Shown here piece by piece: positions 27,070 to 42,704 of a stretch of DNA of 64,000 nt. The notes below the pieces were generated by a model. It made no database searches. It had not been told where the DNA came from and worked only from the letters and a program-made list of their open reading frames with translations. The stretch is from the human T2T-CHM13v2.0 reference genome, Homo sapiens: assembly GCF_009914755.1 (NCBI RefSeq), contig NC_060933.1. One strand, given 5' to 3'. The position numbers and the translations under genes were made by a program. Position 1 is the first letter of the stretch, and the number at the start of each line of letters is the position of its first letter.

Positions 27070-28528
27070 CATTTTCTTTATCCACTCATTGACTGATGGG
27101 CATTTGGGCTGGTTCCATATTTTTGCAATTGCAAATTGTGCTGCTATAAACATGCGTGTGCAAGTATCTCTTTCGTATAATGACTTCTTTTTCTCTGGGT
27201 ACTGGATACCCAGTAGTGAAATTGCTGGATCAAATGGTAGATCTACTTTTAGTACTTTAAGGAATCTCCACACTGTTTTCCATAGTGGTTGTACTAGTTT
27301 ACAACCCCACCAATAGTGTAAAAGTGTTCCCTTTTCACCACACCTATGCCAACATTTATTATTTTTTTATTTTTAATTATGGCCATTCTTGCAGTAGTAA
27401 CGTATCACATTGTGGTTTTTATTTGCATTTCTCTGATCATTAGTGATGTTGAGCATTTTCTCACATGTTTGTTGCCCATTTGTATATCTTCTTTTGAGAA
27501 TGGTCTATTCATGTCCTTAGCCCACTTTTTGATGGGATTGCTTGTTTTTTTCTTGCTGATTTGTTGGAGTTCTTTGTAGATTCTGGATATTAGTCCTTTG
27601 TCGAATGTATAGATTGTGAAGATTGTCTCCCACTCTGTGGGTTGTCTGTTAACTCTGCTGATTATTTATTTTTTGTGCAGGAGTTTTTCAGCTTAATTAA
27701 GTCCCATATATTTATGTTTGTTTTTGTTGCACTTGCTTTTGGGTTTTTGGTCATGGAGTCTTTGCCTAACCCAATGTCTAGAAGTTTATCCCATGTTATC
27801 CAATGCTACCTTCTAGAATCTTAATGGTTTCAGGTCTTAGATTTAAGTATTTGATCCATCTTGAGTTGATTTTTGTATAAGGTGAGAGATGAGGATCCAG
27901 TTTCATTCTTCTATATGTGGCTTGCCAATTATCCCAGAACCATTTGTTGAACAGGGTGTCCTTTCCCCACTTTACGTTTTTGTTTGCTTTGTTGATCAGT
28001 TGGCTGTAAGTATTTGGCTTTATTTCTTGGTTTTCTATTCTGTTCCATTGGTCTATGTGCCTATTTTTATACCAGTACCATGCTGTTTGGTGACTATGAC
28101 CTTATAGTATATAGTTTGAAGTCGGGTAATGTGATGCCTCCAGATTTTTTCTTTTTGCATAGTCTTGCTTTGTCTATGTGGGCTCTTTTTTGGTTCCATA
28201 TGGTTTTTAGAATTGTTTTTTCTAGTTATGTGAAGAATGATGGTGGTATTTTGACGGGAATTACACTGAATTTGTAAATTGCCTTCGGCAGTATGGTCAT
28301 TTTCACAATATTGATTCCATCCATCCATGAGCATGGGATGTGTTTCCGTTTGTTTGTGTTGTCTATGATTTCTTTCAGCAGTGTTTTGTAGTTTCCCTTG
28401 TAGAGGTCTTTCACCTCCTTGGTTAGGTATATTCTTAAGTATTTATTTATTTATTTATTTATTTATTTATTTGTAGCTATTGTGAAAGGGATTGAGTTCT
28501 TGATTTTATTCTCAGCTTGGTCACTGTT
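26550..28528 (-). mobile_element. 5'-truncated L1PB1-like LINE-1 (~2 kb) with an internal TA-rich expansion
   Basis: ORF2 remnants in the minus-strand ORFs ([14 protein letters not shown]..., PFDPAI.LLGI) and L1PB 3'UTR AAGTTCTTTAGTGGTGATTTCTG. Confidence 0.92.
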
Positions 28529-29129
28529 GCCTATATTCCTGTTGTGCACATGCCATGCACAGTGATGCCAATGGATTCAACTGTGCTGCATTCAATAATG
28601 ATATGGTTCGAAAGCACAAACTACCTCTGCACATATGCAAAATGACGCTTGAGCACCTAAAGGGGAGAACATTGCTCACTCATTCTCCAACTGTGACTCT
28701 AGAAATATGTGTAAATAAGCCAGCCACAGAGAGTGCAGGCTGCATTCATGACTGCTCTCTTCTACATGGAAATGATTATAATCATTAAACAACAACTGTT
28801 ACTATCAGCATCATCAGCAACAGTGATGATCCTTCCCCCACTCTTACTGAAATGATAATCACTGTGTTTCCCCAGCTTCCAAAGCAGAGACAGGTTTTTA
28901 AAATCATGTTTAATTCATCTTCCTCTCGTTACAGTTCCCTCCTATGCTTTTATCACACACAGGCATGCCCACCCACACTCGTAGGCACTGACTACAGTCA
29001 CTCAGAGAACTCTCTTAAGGGAGATTGGAATGCTGAGTGGTTGCCTCACAAATCCTTGGTCTCTGAATTCTCTTCCTGCCTATGCCTGCTCAGGAGAAGC
29101 TTGAAAAGAGACTTTGGGGTCCCATACTT

Positions 29130-29690
29130 CTAACCTCAAGTTTGTCATTTGAACAAATTGCTGCGTCCAAACTTAAAACTCCCTGCCTCCATTTCCTCAT
29201 CTGTAAAATGGGAATAATAATGGAACCAACCACAGAGAGCAGGGCATCAAACTTTCTCTGTAAAGGGCTAGAGAATAAATATTTTCAACTTTGGAAGGCT
29301 CGAGTTTTCTGTCTCAACGACTCCACCCAGTTGTTGTAGTAGAGAAGCAGCCACCACCAATACATAAACAAGTGTGTATAGCTGTGCTCCAATAAAACAC
29401 TGAAGTTTGAATTTGTATCATTTTTGTATGCCACAAAAATCTTATATATCTTTTGGTTTTTTTCAACCATTTAAAAATGTGAAACCTATTCCTAGACCAA
29501 AGGCCATATGAACATAGGTGGTGACTAGGTGTGGCCTGCGACCCGTCGTAGAGACCACAATGAGGATGACATGAGTTCATGACTGCGTAGAGACCACAAT
29601 GAGGATGACATGAGTTCATGACTGCAAAGCACTTCGCAGCCTGCTGAGACCTGTGGACTGAATGCATAGGAATTATTGTTACTCTAAAGT
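29130..29690. mobile_element. MIR interrupted by a MER58B-like element (~29240-29545)
   Basis: MIR core TTTCCTCATCTGTAAAATGGGAATAATAAT, followed by CAGGGCATCAAACTTTCTCTGTAAAGGGC (MER58 end). Confidence 0.75.
29547..29624. repeat. Perfect 2 x 39-bp tandem duplication
   Basis: CGTAGAGACCACAATGAGGATGACATGAGTTCATGACTG twice. Confidence 0.97.
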
Positions 29691-31359
29691 GCAGGGAAGA
29701 AACCAACATGGCTAAAGTCAAGTCCTTCAATGTTACCTTGCCTTTTACCTGGGTTGAAAGAGTGAGGGGGCACTGTCATCTCTCAGGGAGGAGTGAGGAA
29801 GAAGTGGGCATGAGACAGGTGTGTATATGAAGAGATATTTGGCAGCCCTGGCATCTAAAGGACAGCTTTGCTGCCTGAGCCGAGGGTACAATGACCTAAA
29901 CATTTTAGCCAAAAGGTTAGCAAGAACACATGAAACTGAAGGCAAGAGACCCAGGAACCTGTTTGCTGCTGATGTTGTATAACTAGCCAGACCCTTGGAG
30001 TCATGTTGATAGGTGTAAATCAATATGTAGAAATAACAACTGTAACAGAAAAATTCAACTACTTACATAACTTGGTATTGAGATTTGATACTATAAAGTT
30101 GCATCCAAAAATCAGGCATTATAAAGGCTCTCCCACCAAAGGGAGACATGAACAAAGCCTTCCTACCCACTTGGCCCACACTTGAACCACCTCTAGTACT
30201 CACATACCGAGCATGGAACCTCCTGCCCATCATGGTTATCATTCAGACACTCATGCTGCCAGCATGTGTAGTTTTGAGTCGTGTGGGCCCCTAAGAAAGA
30301 ATGCGGGCATTCCTGAAGGAAGAAAGCCCCTGAAAGTACTGCCCCAGAGATATAAGGACTTCCCCCAGGAGAGGCTCCTATTCCTTCTGCTTCCTCCACT
30401 ACCCCTGTCACACTACCCCGCTTCCCACGAGGAGTGCTAGGTACTCCCTGAAACCCCTGCACACACTACTGCACCCAATCAAAATGATGTCAGTGTTGCC
30501 ACCAACCATTGCATAAGCATAAAGTTAAAAATTAGAAATCTATGGCTTGTCAAGTGTGCACATCATTTAGAACTGCATGCTATAAAATTACGAGTTTTTG
30601 TCATTACTATTGTTACTGTCCTCTCCTTCCATATTGGGAAACAAAGAAAGAGCACAACATGGAAACCATTTATAGGCTCAAATTGCATTAACTTTCTGGG
30701 AGAAGGATCAAATATAAAAATTTTGATGAACAGTTGAACTTGGTAGAATAACAGATACCTGGCCCAACCTAATGAGCTGTCTCTAGAACAAGGTAAGCAA
30801 ACAGGTGTCCAACGCTGGAGACACTCCATGGCTGAAACAAAAATCATAGCTGCTCTTCTTGGAAAGAAGCTTTGGAAGAAGAAAACTGGGAAGAACAAAG
30901 GCATCCAAAACTAAACCATAGTACTTGGGGACTTTGTACTTTTTGATTTATGTAATGAGCTGTGTTCAGTTGTATGTTTTGCTTTTTTTTGTAAAAAAAT
31001 AGCATTTGAACTTCCACCTGTGCTGTAAAAAGAGCATTTTAATCCTAGTCAGAAAGCATTTATTATGAATCAATAACATGCATAACATTTTATACAAAGC
31101 CATGGAACAGGTGAAGAAATTTTCCAAACCCAGTGCTGGAGATTATGATTAGACAAGTAGGTTATACGAATGAGGATGATAGCATAGGCTGCCCCTCACT
31201 CTGGAGGCAGGGTTACAGCCACAACAGGGATTGGAAGAAATGAATTGTGCAAAGCTTTACTGTCAAAAGCATGTGACCAAGGTCAGCAAAACAGAACAAC
31301 ATACACAAAGGGGGCTAGAGGTAGTAAGCTAAAGAAAGAGGCTAAAGAAAAATGCTGAG

Positions 31360-31819
31360 AGTACTGGAGATCTAAAAAACCCATGTCCACCTAGAACCTC
31401 AGAATGGAACCCTATTTGGAAATAGGGTCTTTGTAGATGTAATTGATTAATTAATTACAATGCATTCATATTAGGTTAGGGTGGTCCCTAAATCCATTGA
31501 CTGATATCTTTATAAGAGAAAGGAGAGTGAGACTTTGACACAGGGCACAGAGAAACATAGGGAGGCACCATGTGAAGATGGAGGCAGAGTGTGGAGTGAG
31601 GCAGCTACAAGCCAAGGAAGGCCAAGGACTGCAGGAAACCAGCAGAAGCCAGAAAAGGCAGGAAGCATTCTTCCCTAGAGCCTTCGGAGGGAGCATGGCC
31701 CTGCTGACAACTTGGTTTCAGACTTCTGGCCTCCAGAACTGTGAGCAAGTAGATTTCTATTGTTTTAAGCCACCCAGTATGTGATAATTTATTATGGATG
31801 CCCAGAGAAACTAACACAC
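31360..31819 (+). mobile_element. MLT1B/C MaLR LTR
   Basis: GAACCTCAGAATG..CCCTATTTGGAAATAGGGTCTTTG...CAGACTTCTGGCCTCCAGAACTGTGAG...AAACTAACACA. Confidence 0.9.
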
Positions 31820-31929
31820 TCAGCAAGGGGAAAACTGGAAGAACAAGTAGAGTTGAGAGTCAATCATCCAAGCTGGCCTCATGAGTATGAGACCTGTGGC
31901 TTTACACCAGAGCAAAATCGATGCTGTTG

Positions 31930-31964
<35 letters not shown>

Positions 31965-32483
31965 CTCAATCTCAATTTCCTATTGACAAAAAATCATTCA
32001 TTAGCAAGAGAGCTATTTGTTAGATTAGCCCCAAGGGGGATGTTGGAAAGCTAATGAATGAGACATAAACATGAAGTACCAAGACTATCACCATCAAAGT
32101 CAGGAATTCCACACCATCCCAGGTTTCCAGGGAGTGCCATCACAACTTCTGAGCACCACTGTCATCAGCCAGCAACAACTTGACTCAGTACTGCTATTAT
32201 GGCTGAGTTGTATGCATGTGTTATGCAGAGGCTGGGGGTTCCTGCCTACCCTGATTTGCATGCAGAAGCCATTTCCAAGCACCCCTGCCCCTTCAGGGTG
32301 CTTGGGAGCAGCACAGTCTCTGGTAAATAGGGCAAGAATAGGATCTTAACTACCTTGCTGTGCTAATCAGGCCTCAGACAGGCACCAGCCAGGATTAAGT
32401 GGAGAGCTTGTTTAGAAGAGTAAGTGAGCTTTCTTTCATCTCAGTCTGTTTCTATAGAACATGCTTAATGCATATGCATCCTG

Positions 32484-32789
32484 CTTCCTTCCTTCCTTCT
32501 CTCCTTCCTTCCTTCTCTCCTTCCTTCCTTATTTCCTTCCCTCCTTCCTTCCTTTTTCCTTCCTTCCCTCCCTCCTTCCTTCCCTCCCTCCTTCCTTCCC
32601 TCCCTCCTTCCTTCCCTCCCTCCTTCCTTCCCTCCCTCCTTCCTTCCCTCCTTCCTCCCTTTCTTTCCTCCTTCCTTCCTTTCCTCCCTACTTCCTTGCT
32701 TTCTTTCTTCCTTCCTTCCTTTCCTCCCTCCTTCCTTCCTTTCTTCCTTCCTTCTCTACTTCCTTCCCTCCTTCCTCCCTTCCTTCCTT
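32484..32789. repeat. ~300-bp (CCTT)n/(CCCT)n polypyrimidine tract
   Basis: Seen directly. Confidence 0.97.
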
Positions 32790-33305
32790 GTTTTGCATAA
32801 AGATTTCTCTCCTTTTGCTTATTTTATTTTTATTACCAAGTCATATAAGAATATATTCTCATGGTAAAAGATATGAGTGTAACATAACTACATATAATAA
32901 AATGCGAAAGCCTCATGTCCCTATATTATGCTCTCTTCCCCAGAGGTAACCACAGTTAAGTATACATCTTTCCAGTTCTTCTTCTACACGCTATATAGTC
33001 ACATGAAAAAATTCTATTTTTATATAAAAGTATCATTATTTACGTGGTCTTTTAATCTGATTTTTAAACTCAACAATATGTCTATAAGTCTTTCCATGTC
33101 AATAATACATGTCTGCCTGTTTTTCTAATGACTATGTATACACACATAATTTATCCTTGCAAAAATTACTGGCCTTTTTATTGCTTTCTCAGTGTTATAA
33201 GCAATGCTGTAATAAACACCCTTGCATAATATATACCTGTGCGTGAATAAATTTTGCTCTAGATAGATTTGTAGAAATTGATTTGCTGGACCAAGAGACA
33301 TAGGC

Positions 33306-33764
<459 letters not shown>

Positions 33765-34030
33765 TTATTCTAATTTGCATTTCCTTTGTAGCTAATGATA
33801 TTGAGCATCTGTTTGTGAGCTTCTTGGTCATTTATTTTTATTCCTTCTCTGAGTCTTTTGCATATTTTTATATTGAGCCGTTCATCTGTTGGTTTGTAGC
33901 ATCAAACATAATACATTCTGCATATTACTACTCGTTATATGTTTGGCAAATGTTCTTCCCATTATTTTCCCTGTGCTTTAATTTGCTTTACAGTCATTCA
34001 TTCAACAAATATTTACTAAGAATCTACTCT

Positions 34031-34365
<335 letters not shown>

Positions 34366-36032
34366 TTAGCTTTTGCACAAATTTGTCAGGATTTTGCTTC
34401 ATTGTTTCTGGGTTTTATATTTTCCTCAGGAAGCCCTGGGCTACCCCATGATTATAAAACATATTCTTAAATTTTTACCTAAAACTTTTATAAATTGTTA
34501 AACATATTTGGCTTTTGAGTACATCTAGAATTAATCCTGTGAATTGTGTGAGCGATGTCCTTTTTCCCATCCGCCAACAAGTGGAAAGAAAACAATCCAA
34601 AAATCATGCCTTAAAAGAATGCCTTGAATAAAAATTTATCTGCCCCTTGTATGTATGAAATACAATCTTTACCATAGCCCATATTCTATAAATAATGGAT
34701 TGGCGTGGGGAATGGGAACTGCTTTTTTCTGTTCCACTGATTATTTTCACATTTCTGGCTCTATATCTTAATTACTATATGTGTCTCTTACTATGTCTCC
34801 TTTAATTGCTATAGCTCACAGGCCTTGGTATACTATTCAACAGAACAAGGACCCACCAGTGGTCTTTTTATATATTTACTGGATAGCATCGAGCATGTTT
34901 CTTTTGCAAATGAGTCTTAAGAACATTGTTAAATGCCGTAAAGAATCTCATTGAATTTTTAATTTGAGAATTATTGAATGTATATATTAATTTCCAAAGA
35001 ACTGACTTTATTAAGAATATTAACCAAAATATGAGATGTCTTCATTTTTTGAGCTCTTTTTTATCTACTCTACAACAATGCTACAGTAGGATTTCACATT
35101 TTCGTCCTACTGATCTTGCATGAATCTGTTAACATTTATTTATAAGACATTTATTTTTACTTGTTATTGTTACTGTAAATAATAGTACTTTTTCCCCATT
35201 ACATTTGAAAAACAGTTAGTGCTTGTGTATAAGGCAGCTATTGTTTTAGGATATTAATCTCGTATCCAAAGAGAAAAGGCATTCATTGTGCATAGGGCAT
35301 GGCTAGGGAAGGCAAGTGGAGAGATTTACAGAGGACAAAAGCCAGTTTAGGACACCATTTGGATCTCTGAGAAGGATCCAGCATCCCTCAACACTACCGG
35401 CTTGGCTGAACACAGTGAGGTGTAGGGGGCAAGATAAAAGGAACCCCAGGGTAGTTGCAGGAAACTCTTCTGTGTGGAACTCTGAAAATTTTACTGACAT
35501 TTTTGTACTGAAGAAATGGTGGCATGGTGTGTTTAGGCAGAGAGGAAGCCTTAGATAGCGTACACAAGTTTCCCTGAGGCTGAGCAGTTCCTGCCTGTCC
35601 CAGAGGTGAATACAGATGTGCTGAGTGCCAATGAGAAAGAGACTTGGAGTGGAGGCCACAAGAGGACAGTGTCTAGAGACTTGCATCCTAAGGCCATGGC
35701 AGGAACCACTGGCCTCAGCAGCACACACCAACCCCACTCAAAGGTCAGGTGGGACCAGTTTCGTCCAGACAGGATGCAGTGGGGAAAGATGCCAACAACC
35801 TGAGACACACCAAGGAAGACTCAAGGAATGTACATGAGAGAGAGGTCACCCTCACTACCGAGACAGTACTTAAGTTTCTCTGGCCTTATGATGCCATTCT
35901 GGGGTGGAGAGAAAGGGAAAAGCTCTTCATATGGAAGAAAAAAAAACAGTATGGAGTATGGGTTTTCAAGCAATTACATTTAAATTATGTATTGACTGAG
36001 CGATTTTCTGAAAGTGATCAAATTCAACACTA

Positions 36033-36384
<352 letters not shown>

Positions 36385-36640
36385 TTAAATGCTTTGCTCT
36401 CAAAGAAAGAAGAAAATCACAAGCAAGTTGAATTCAGTCATAGGAAAATAATATTGCATTTCTGCACATCTGAGTCATAGTGTGTAACTTTAAAAGTTTT
36501 TTCATGCTAATATAATTTGAGCAGCTACAAAAATCCTGTAGAACATACAACATCTGTCCTCTTGATGTGTGCCACTTCATGTATACACATTGGGCCACAT
36601 TCCACAGTTATGTAGTCAAGGCTAAAAACTCTAAGTGATA

Positions 36641-36802
36641 GCAGGGTGTGGTAGCATGTGCCTGTAATCCCAGCTATTCAGGAGGCTGAGGCACAAGAAT
36701 CGCTTGAACTCAGGAGGCGGAGGTTGCAGTGAGCCAAGATCATGCCACTGCACTCCAGCCTGGTTGACAGAATGAAGCTCTGTCTCAAAAAACAAAAAAA
36801 AA
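36641..36802 (+). mobile_element. Alu right monomer (FRAM or truncated Alu)
   Basis: Right arm only, with A tail. Confidence 0.88.
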
Positions 36803-37109
36803 ATTATAAGTGAGAAGTCACTGTTATGTTGCATAGCAACATTCCTTCATGAAAAGCAAGGACTCTGCAAAACCAAACATTCAAAAATATGCAATTCAGT
36901 TAACACTTTGTTTGAAGGCAATCTGTTATCCGAGTACTCTTAAAGAAACAAAAAATGGATCAACATCTCAGTCCACATTTGTACCTATGGACATGGCAAT
37001 GGCATAGGGAAATGAGAAGGGTATTCCCTCAGCACTGCCCAATCATGAAGCCCACCTGCATTTTCACCTAATAGAAAAGCAATAATTAAAAGTTTGATTT
37101 TAAGGTTCT

Positions 37110-38284
<1,175 letters not shown>

Positions 38285-38576
38285 TAAGACTTTGATTTAA
38301 GAAACATCTTAATGTAAAAATGTATACCAAATTAAGTAACTGTGTAATTAATTAGCTTTTCAATTAAACAGACATTTCTCTTCCTTCATAAACTTGAAAA
38401 ATAAATTTAATTATCCCTATTTTCAACAAGTTTTGGGGAAAGAAGCATTCTCACGTAACATTTGAGGGAGTCAGATTGTGTCACTTGTGTCATTAGATTT
38501 TTTGTAACATTTTGTGTCATTAGATTTAAATGGCTAAAAGCTCCTTGACTAGATATTTATCACCAAGGAAATTTAA

Positions 38577-38906
<330 letters not shown>

Positions 38907-39047
38907 CATTTCTAGGAATTTTTAGCACAGATGTACTTTCACAAAATGCAGTACTGTATACAGCATGTTTATTGCAGTACACTTTACAATAGCAAAATAC
39001 CAGAAGCCACCAAAACCACCTTGATCTCCCTTAATAAATACATTATA

Positions 39048-39334
39048 GGCCGGGCACAGTGGCTCACACCTGTAATCCCAGTTCTTTGGGAGGCCAAAAT
39101 GGGTGGATCACCTGAGGTCAGGAGTTCAAGACCAGCCTGGCCAATATGGCAAAACCCTGTCTCTACTAAAAATACAAAAATTAGCTGGGTGCGGTGGCAC
39201 GTGCCTGTAATCCCAGCTACTCAGGGAGGCTGAGGCAGGAGAAGAGATTGAACCAGGGAGGCAGAGGTTGCAGTGAGCCAAGATCACAAGATGGCACTGT
39301 AGCCTGGATGACAGAGTGAGACTCTGTCTCAAAA

Positions 39335-39377
<43 letters not shown>

Positions 39378-39379
39378 AA
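39048..39379 (+). mobile_element. AluSx-like with (TAAA)n tail
   Basis: Full dimer. Confidence 0.93.
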
Positions 39380-40382
39380 TACACACATACAATTAACTCA
39401 GAAAACCACCTTTTAAATCAGGCCAATCATCAATTATGGATATTTTTAAATTTCTAAAATTAATCAAGAAAAAATAACAAGATGAAGAAAAATATATAGA
39501 GATTGATCTCACTGCTGTTTATCAAAGGACTTATATATGTTGGGGGCTTATATACATTCATAAAAATTCTTGGAAGGATATACAAAATATTGTTTGCAAT
39601 TGTTATTTCTTTGGGGTGAGCTTGATATAGAGGGAGGAGCAAGGAAATAGTTTTTGTCTTCATTTTAAATCTTTCTAAACTGAGAAAACACAAACATGAT
39701 TTTTTTTTAACTAGTGAAAAATAATAACGCCATGTTTGTTAATCAGGATAGCTGACCTTCAGCCAACCCTGGGAAACATCATTCCTGGGAACATCCATAG
39801 TCAGAAGGATCTTAATAGGGTCAGAGAGAAGAACCTGAAGGCCTATCATCCTCTGTGAGTAAGAAACAGTTCCTCCAAGGAATTCTGCAGCCATTGCCTA
39901 CTGAAAGGTGATACGAGCATAAAAGGATGAAGCCACTGGGGCTCTGTGACCAGACTCTTTCGATAAATTCATGGACAAGTCCCCAGGGTTGGACTTGGTT
40001 TCTCTGGATTAACAATATAAAAGCCATAGTTTAAAAATTTTCTAATTTACAGTAAAGTTAATATTTCTAGGGCATATGTACAAGAACACAGAAATTCTTC
40101 ATACTGAAAGACATCATCAACAACAACAATCACACTAGGTTTGTGATCTTGAGAAAATTACATAATTTTTTTGTTCGGTAATGTCTTTAGCAATACAACA
40201 GGGATTGGGTGGTGGGTAAGACCCTTGCAGTCCTAGAATCAGTGAGTTTCCCTGTCTGGTTCAGACACTGAATTTTATACAATTCTATTTTCCAGATTCA
40301 GATTTCATTTGTCATTAGATTAAGACTGGCCAGTAGTCAAATGCCAATCTTTACACCATTCTAATAAGACATTATGTGTTTT

Positions 40383-40672
40383 AGGGTGGGTGCAGTGGCT
40401 CACTCCTGAAATCCCAACACTTTGGGAGGCAGAGGCAGGCAGATCACCTAAGATCAGAAGTTCGAGACCAGCCTGGCCAACATGGTGAAACCCGGTCTCT
40501 ACTAAAAATACAAAAATTAGCCAGGCACGGTAGTGCACGCCCGTAGTTCTAGCTATCTGGGAGGCTGAGGCACAAGAATCACTTGAACCTGGGAGGTGAG
40601 ATTGCAGTGAGCCAAGATTGCACCACTGCACTAAAGCCTGGTGACAGAATGAGACCCTGTCTTAAAAAAAAA
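40383..40672 (+). mobile_element. AluSx-like
   Basis: Full dimer. Confidence 0.92.
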
Positions 40673-41046
40673 TTATGCATTTTAGTTGTTCAGATTTGCT
40701 GTATTATAGAGAAAATGCTCTTAAACACTAAATTTCTCACAAGTTTTAAACGTCTCACAAAGTTTATTTTTTTGCTTCTATTAAGTATTGAAATGCCTTC
40801 AAAGATAAATTTCTATTTCAAAACTGGGTATGGCTTAAGAACAAAAGGAAAATATTGCATGGCATTTATTTAATAAGAACCAAAGTCAAAGAACCATTTG
40901 TTATACTGAAAAATAGTCTAAATATTTTCAAATATATAAACAAAAATATCAATATTTTGTAGTTAAGGAATAAAAGCTAGGAATCAGCAATTTTTTTCTC
41001 AGGCATTTTAGCTCATTCTCATTATCCTGCATATCATACTATATAG

Positions 41047-41357
<311 letters not shown>

Positions 41358-42661
41358 CGTCCTATTATTTCTATCTGGATGCACATCCCAACTCTCTTCC
41401 GCTCTTGCCCCAATTCTGCTCCAGCCCCACCCCAACTCTGTTCCAGCCTTGCTCCAGCAGCCTGGCCTCCCTGGACTTTCCACACCCACTGCTGCACTTG
41501 TGCAATCTGAACCATCCTTCCTCACTAACCAGACAGAGTTTGCCCTTGAAGGATGGAAGAGGGAGGGGAAGGAAAAGAAAAGGACCAAGGGAAGGAGGAA
41601 TGGGAAGGGAGGAAGAGAGGGAGAAAGGGACAGGGAGGCAGGGAAAAAGAAGAAAGTTAAAGAAGAGATACGCTGCCTGCTAGTTTGTCGTCCATGTTCA
41701 GTTTCTTCCTTCTTTCACCTGAAAACCCTGCCCAGAACAATTTCTTCATATTCAAAAAATGAAAGAATCCCTTGAATGACGACAAGTGACATAATATGCA
41801 TTAACCTAATCTCTGACGAGAAACTGATTCATCACCTGCATTTCAGAGCCCTGGGAAAGTGGACGTGGAGGGATAAGTGGATTTGGGGGCAGGCAGTAAG
41901 TTTCTGAGGTGCATTTCAGAAGTTCTCCTCCAAACCATAAATAAAAGCAGGTTGGCTACAGCCTGGCATGAGTGACCAGAACAAAACATCATGTCACCCA
42001 GGACTACCAGTGAACACCCTCCTCACAGGGTCCCAGGTGGATGACCAGGGGGTGCTAGAGAGATGTTGTTATCCAAGCCAACTTCCCCAAGAGCTCACTG
42101 GTTAAAAAGAGAGAGAGAGGAAAAAAAAAAAAAAAGAAGTTCAGAACATCGGAGATTTAAAACAATTGCCTAGAAGAAAAAATTGTTTTTCATTTTGGGG
42201 AGTTCAAGGAATGGAAAATAATGATACAGTCTTCAGCAAAGTCATTGGTAAAATTTTAGTTTCCAAACACATCTGCTTCTCCCATCTTCCTTAATACTGC
42301 ACCCCCTCCCACACTTAATGACTAACCAGCAACCCTCATAATCAAAAGGAACCAGGTACCTGGTGGCTGTGTTTAAGAGGTATTTAACCATCCAATTCCA
42401 AAGCCCCTGCTCAGATATCAAATATGAGGGCAAGATGGGGGGGAGGGAGAGAGGCCCAGGAGACTATAGGATGCTGGTGCAGACGAGGGTCATAGAAAAA
42501 GAGGGGAGAAAATACAGAGCTCTCCTGGGGAGAGAGAAGCCCCCACACCCCCCAACACCTCTTCAACTCTATTATTCCCCTGGCAGGAGAAAGTTTGTCA
42601 GGGAACAGTATCTATCTTTGGACACATTGTAGCAAAAGTAAAGTCACAGATTGACACTTAC

Positions 42662-42704
42662 TTTTCATTTGCTTGAAGATGGACTTGTTAGGTTCAAGCC
42701 AGTG
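42662..42704 (-). CDS. FRMD3: FRMD3 coding exon 3 (43 bp, phase 0-1): HWLEPNKSIFKQMK(T)
   Basis: Branch-like CCCTGAT, T11 tract, CCCTAG| acceptor and |GTAAGT donor. Carries the FERM motif HWL-P-K-I-KQ and is in frame with its neighbours. Not present in the ORF track. Confidence 0.96.

Noticed and set aside
30560-31110. Possible processed pseudogene (purine-rich coding-like stretch followed by a U-rich 3'UTR-like stretch)
   Set aside because: The frames I translated have stops and no recognisable protein, and there is no poly-A or TSD. It needs BLASTX/Dfam and may be an old transposon relic.
32399-32949. 133-aa and 162-aa Pro/Ser/Leu/Phe-rich ORFs
   Set aside because: Translation artefacts of the (CCTT)n tract.
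38454-38528. Short repeats TTGTGTCATTAGATTT x2 and GTAACATTT x2
   Set aside because: A small slippage scar within old L1 sequence.
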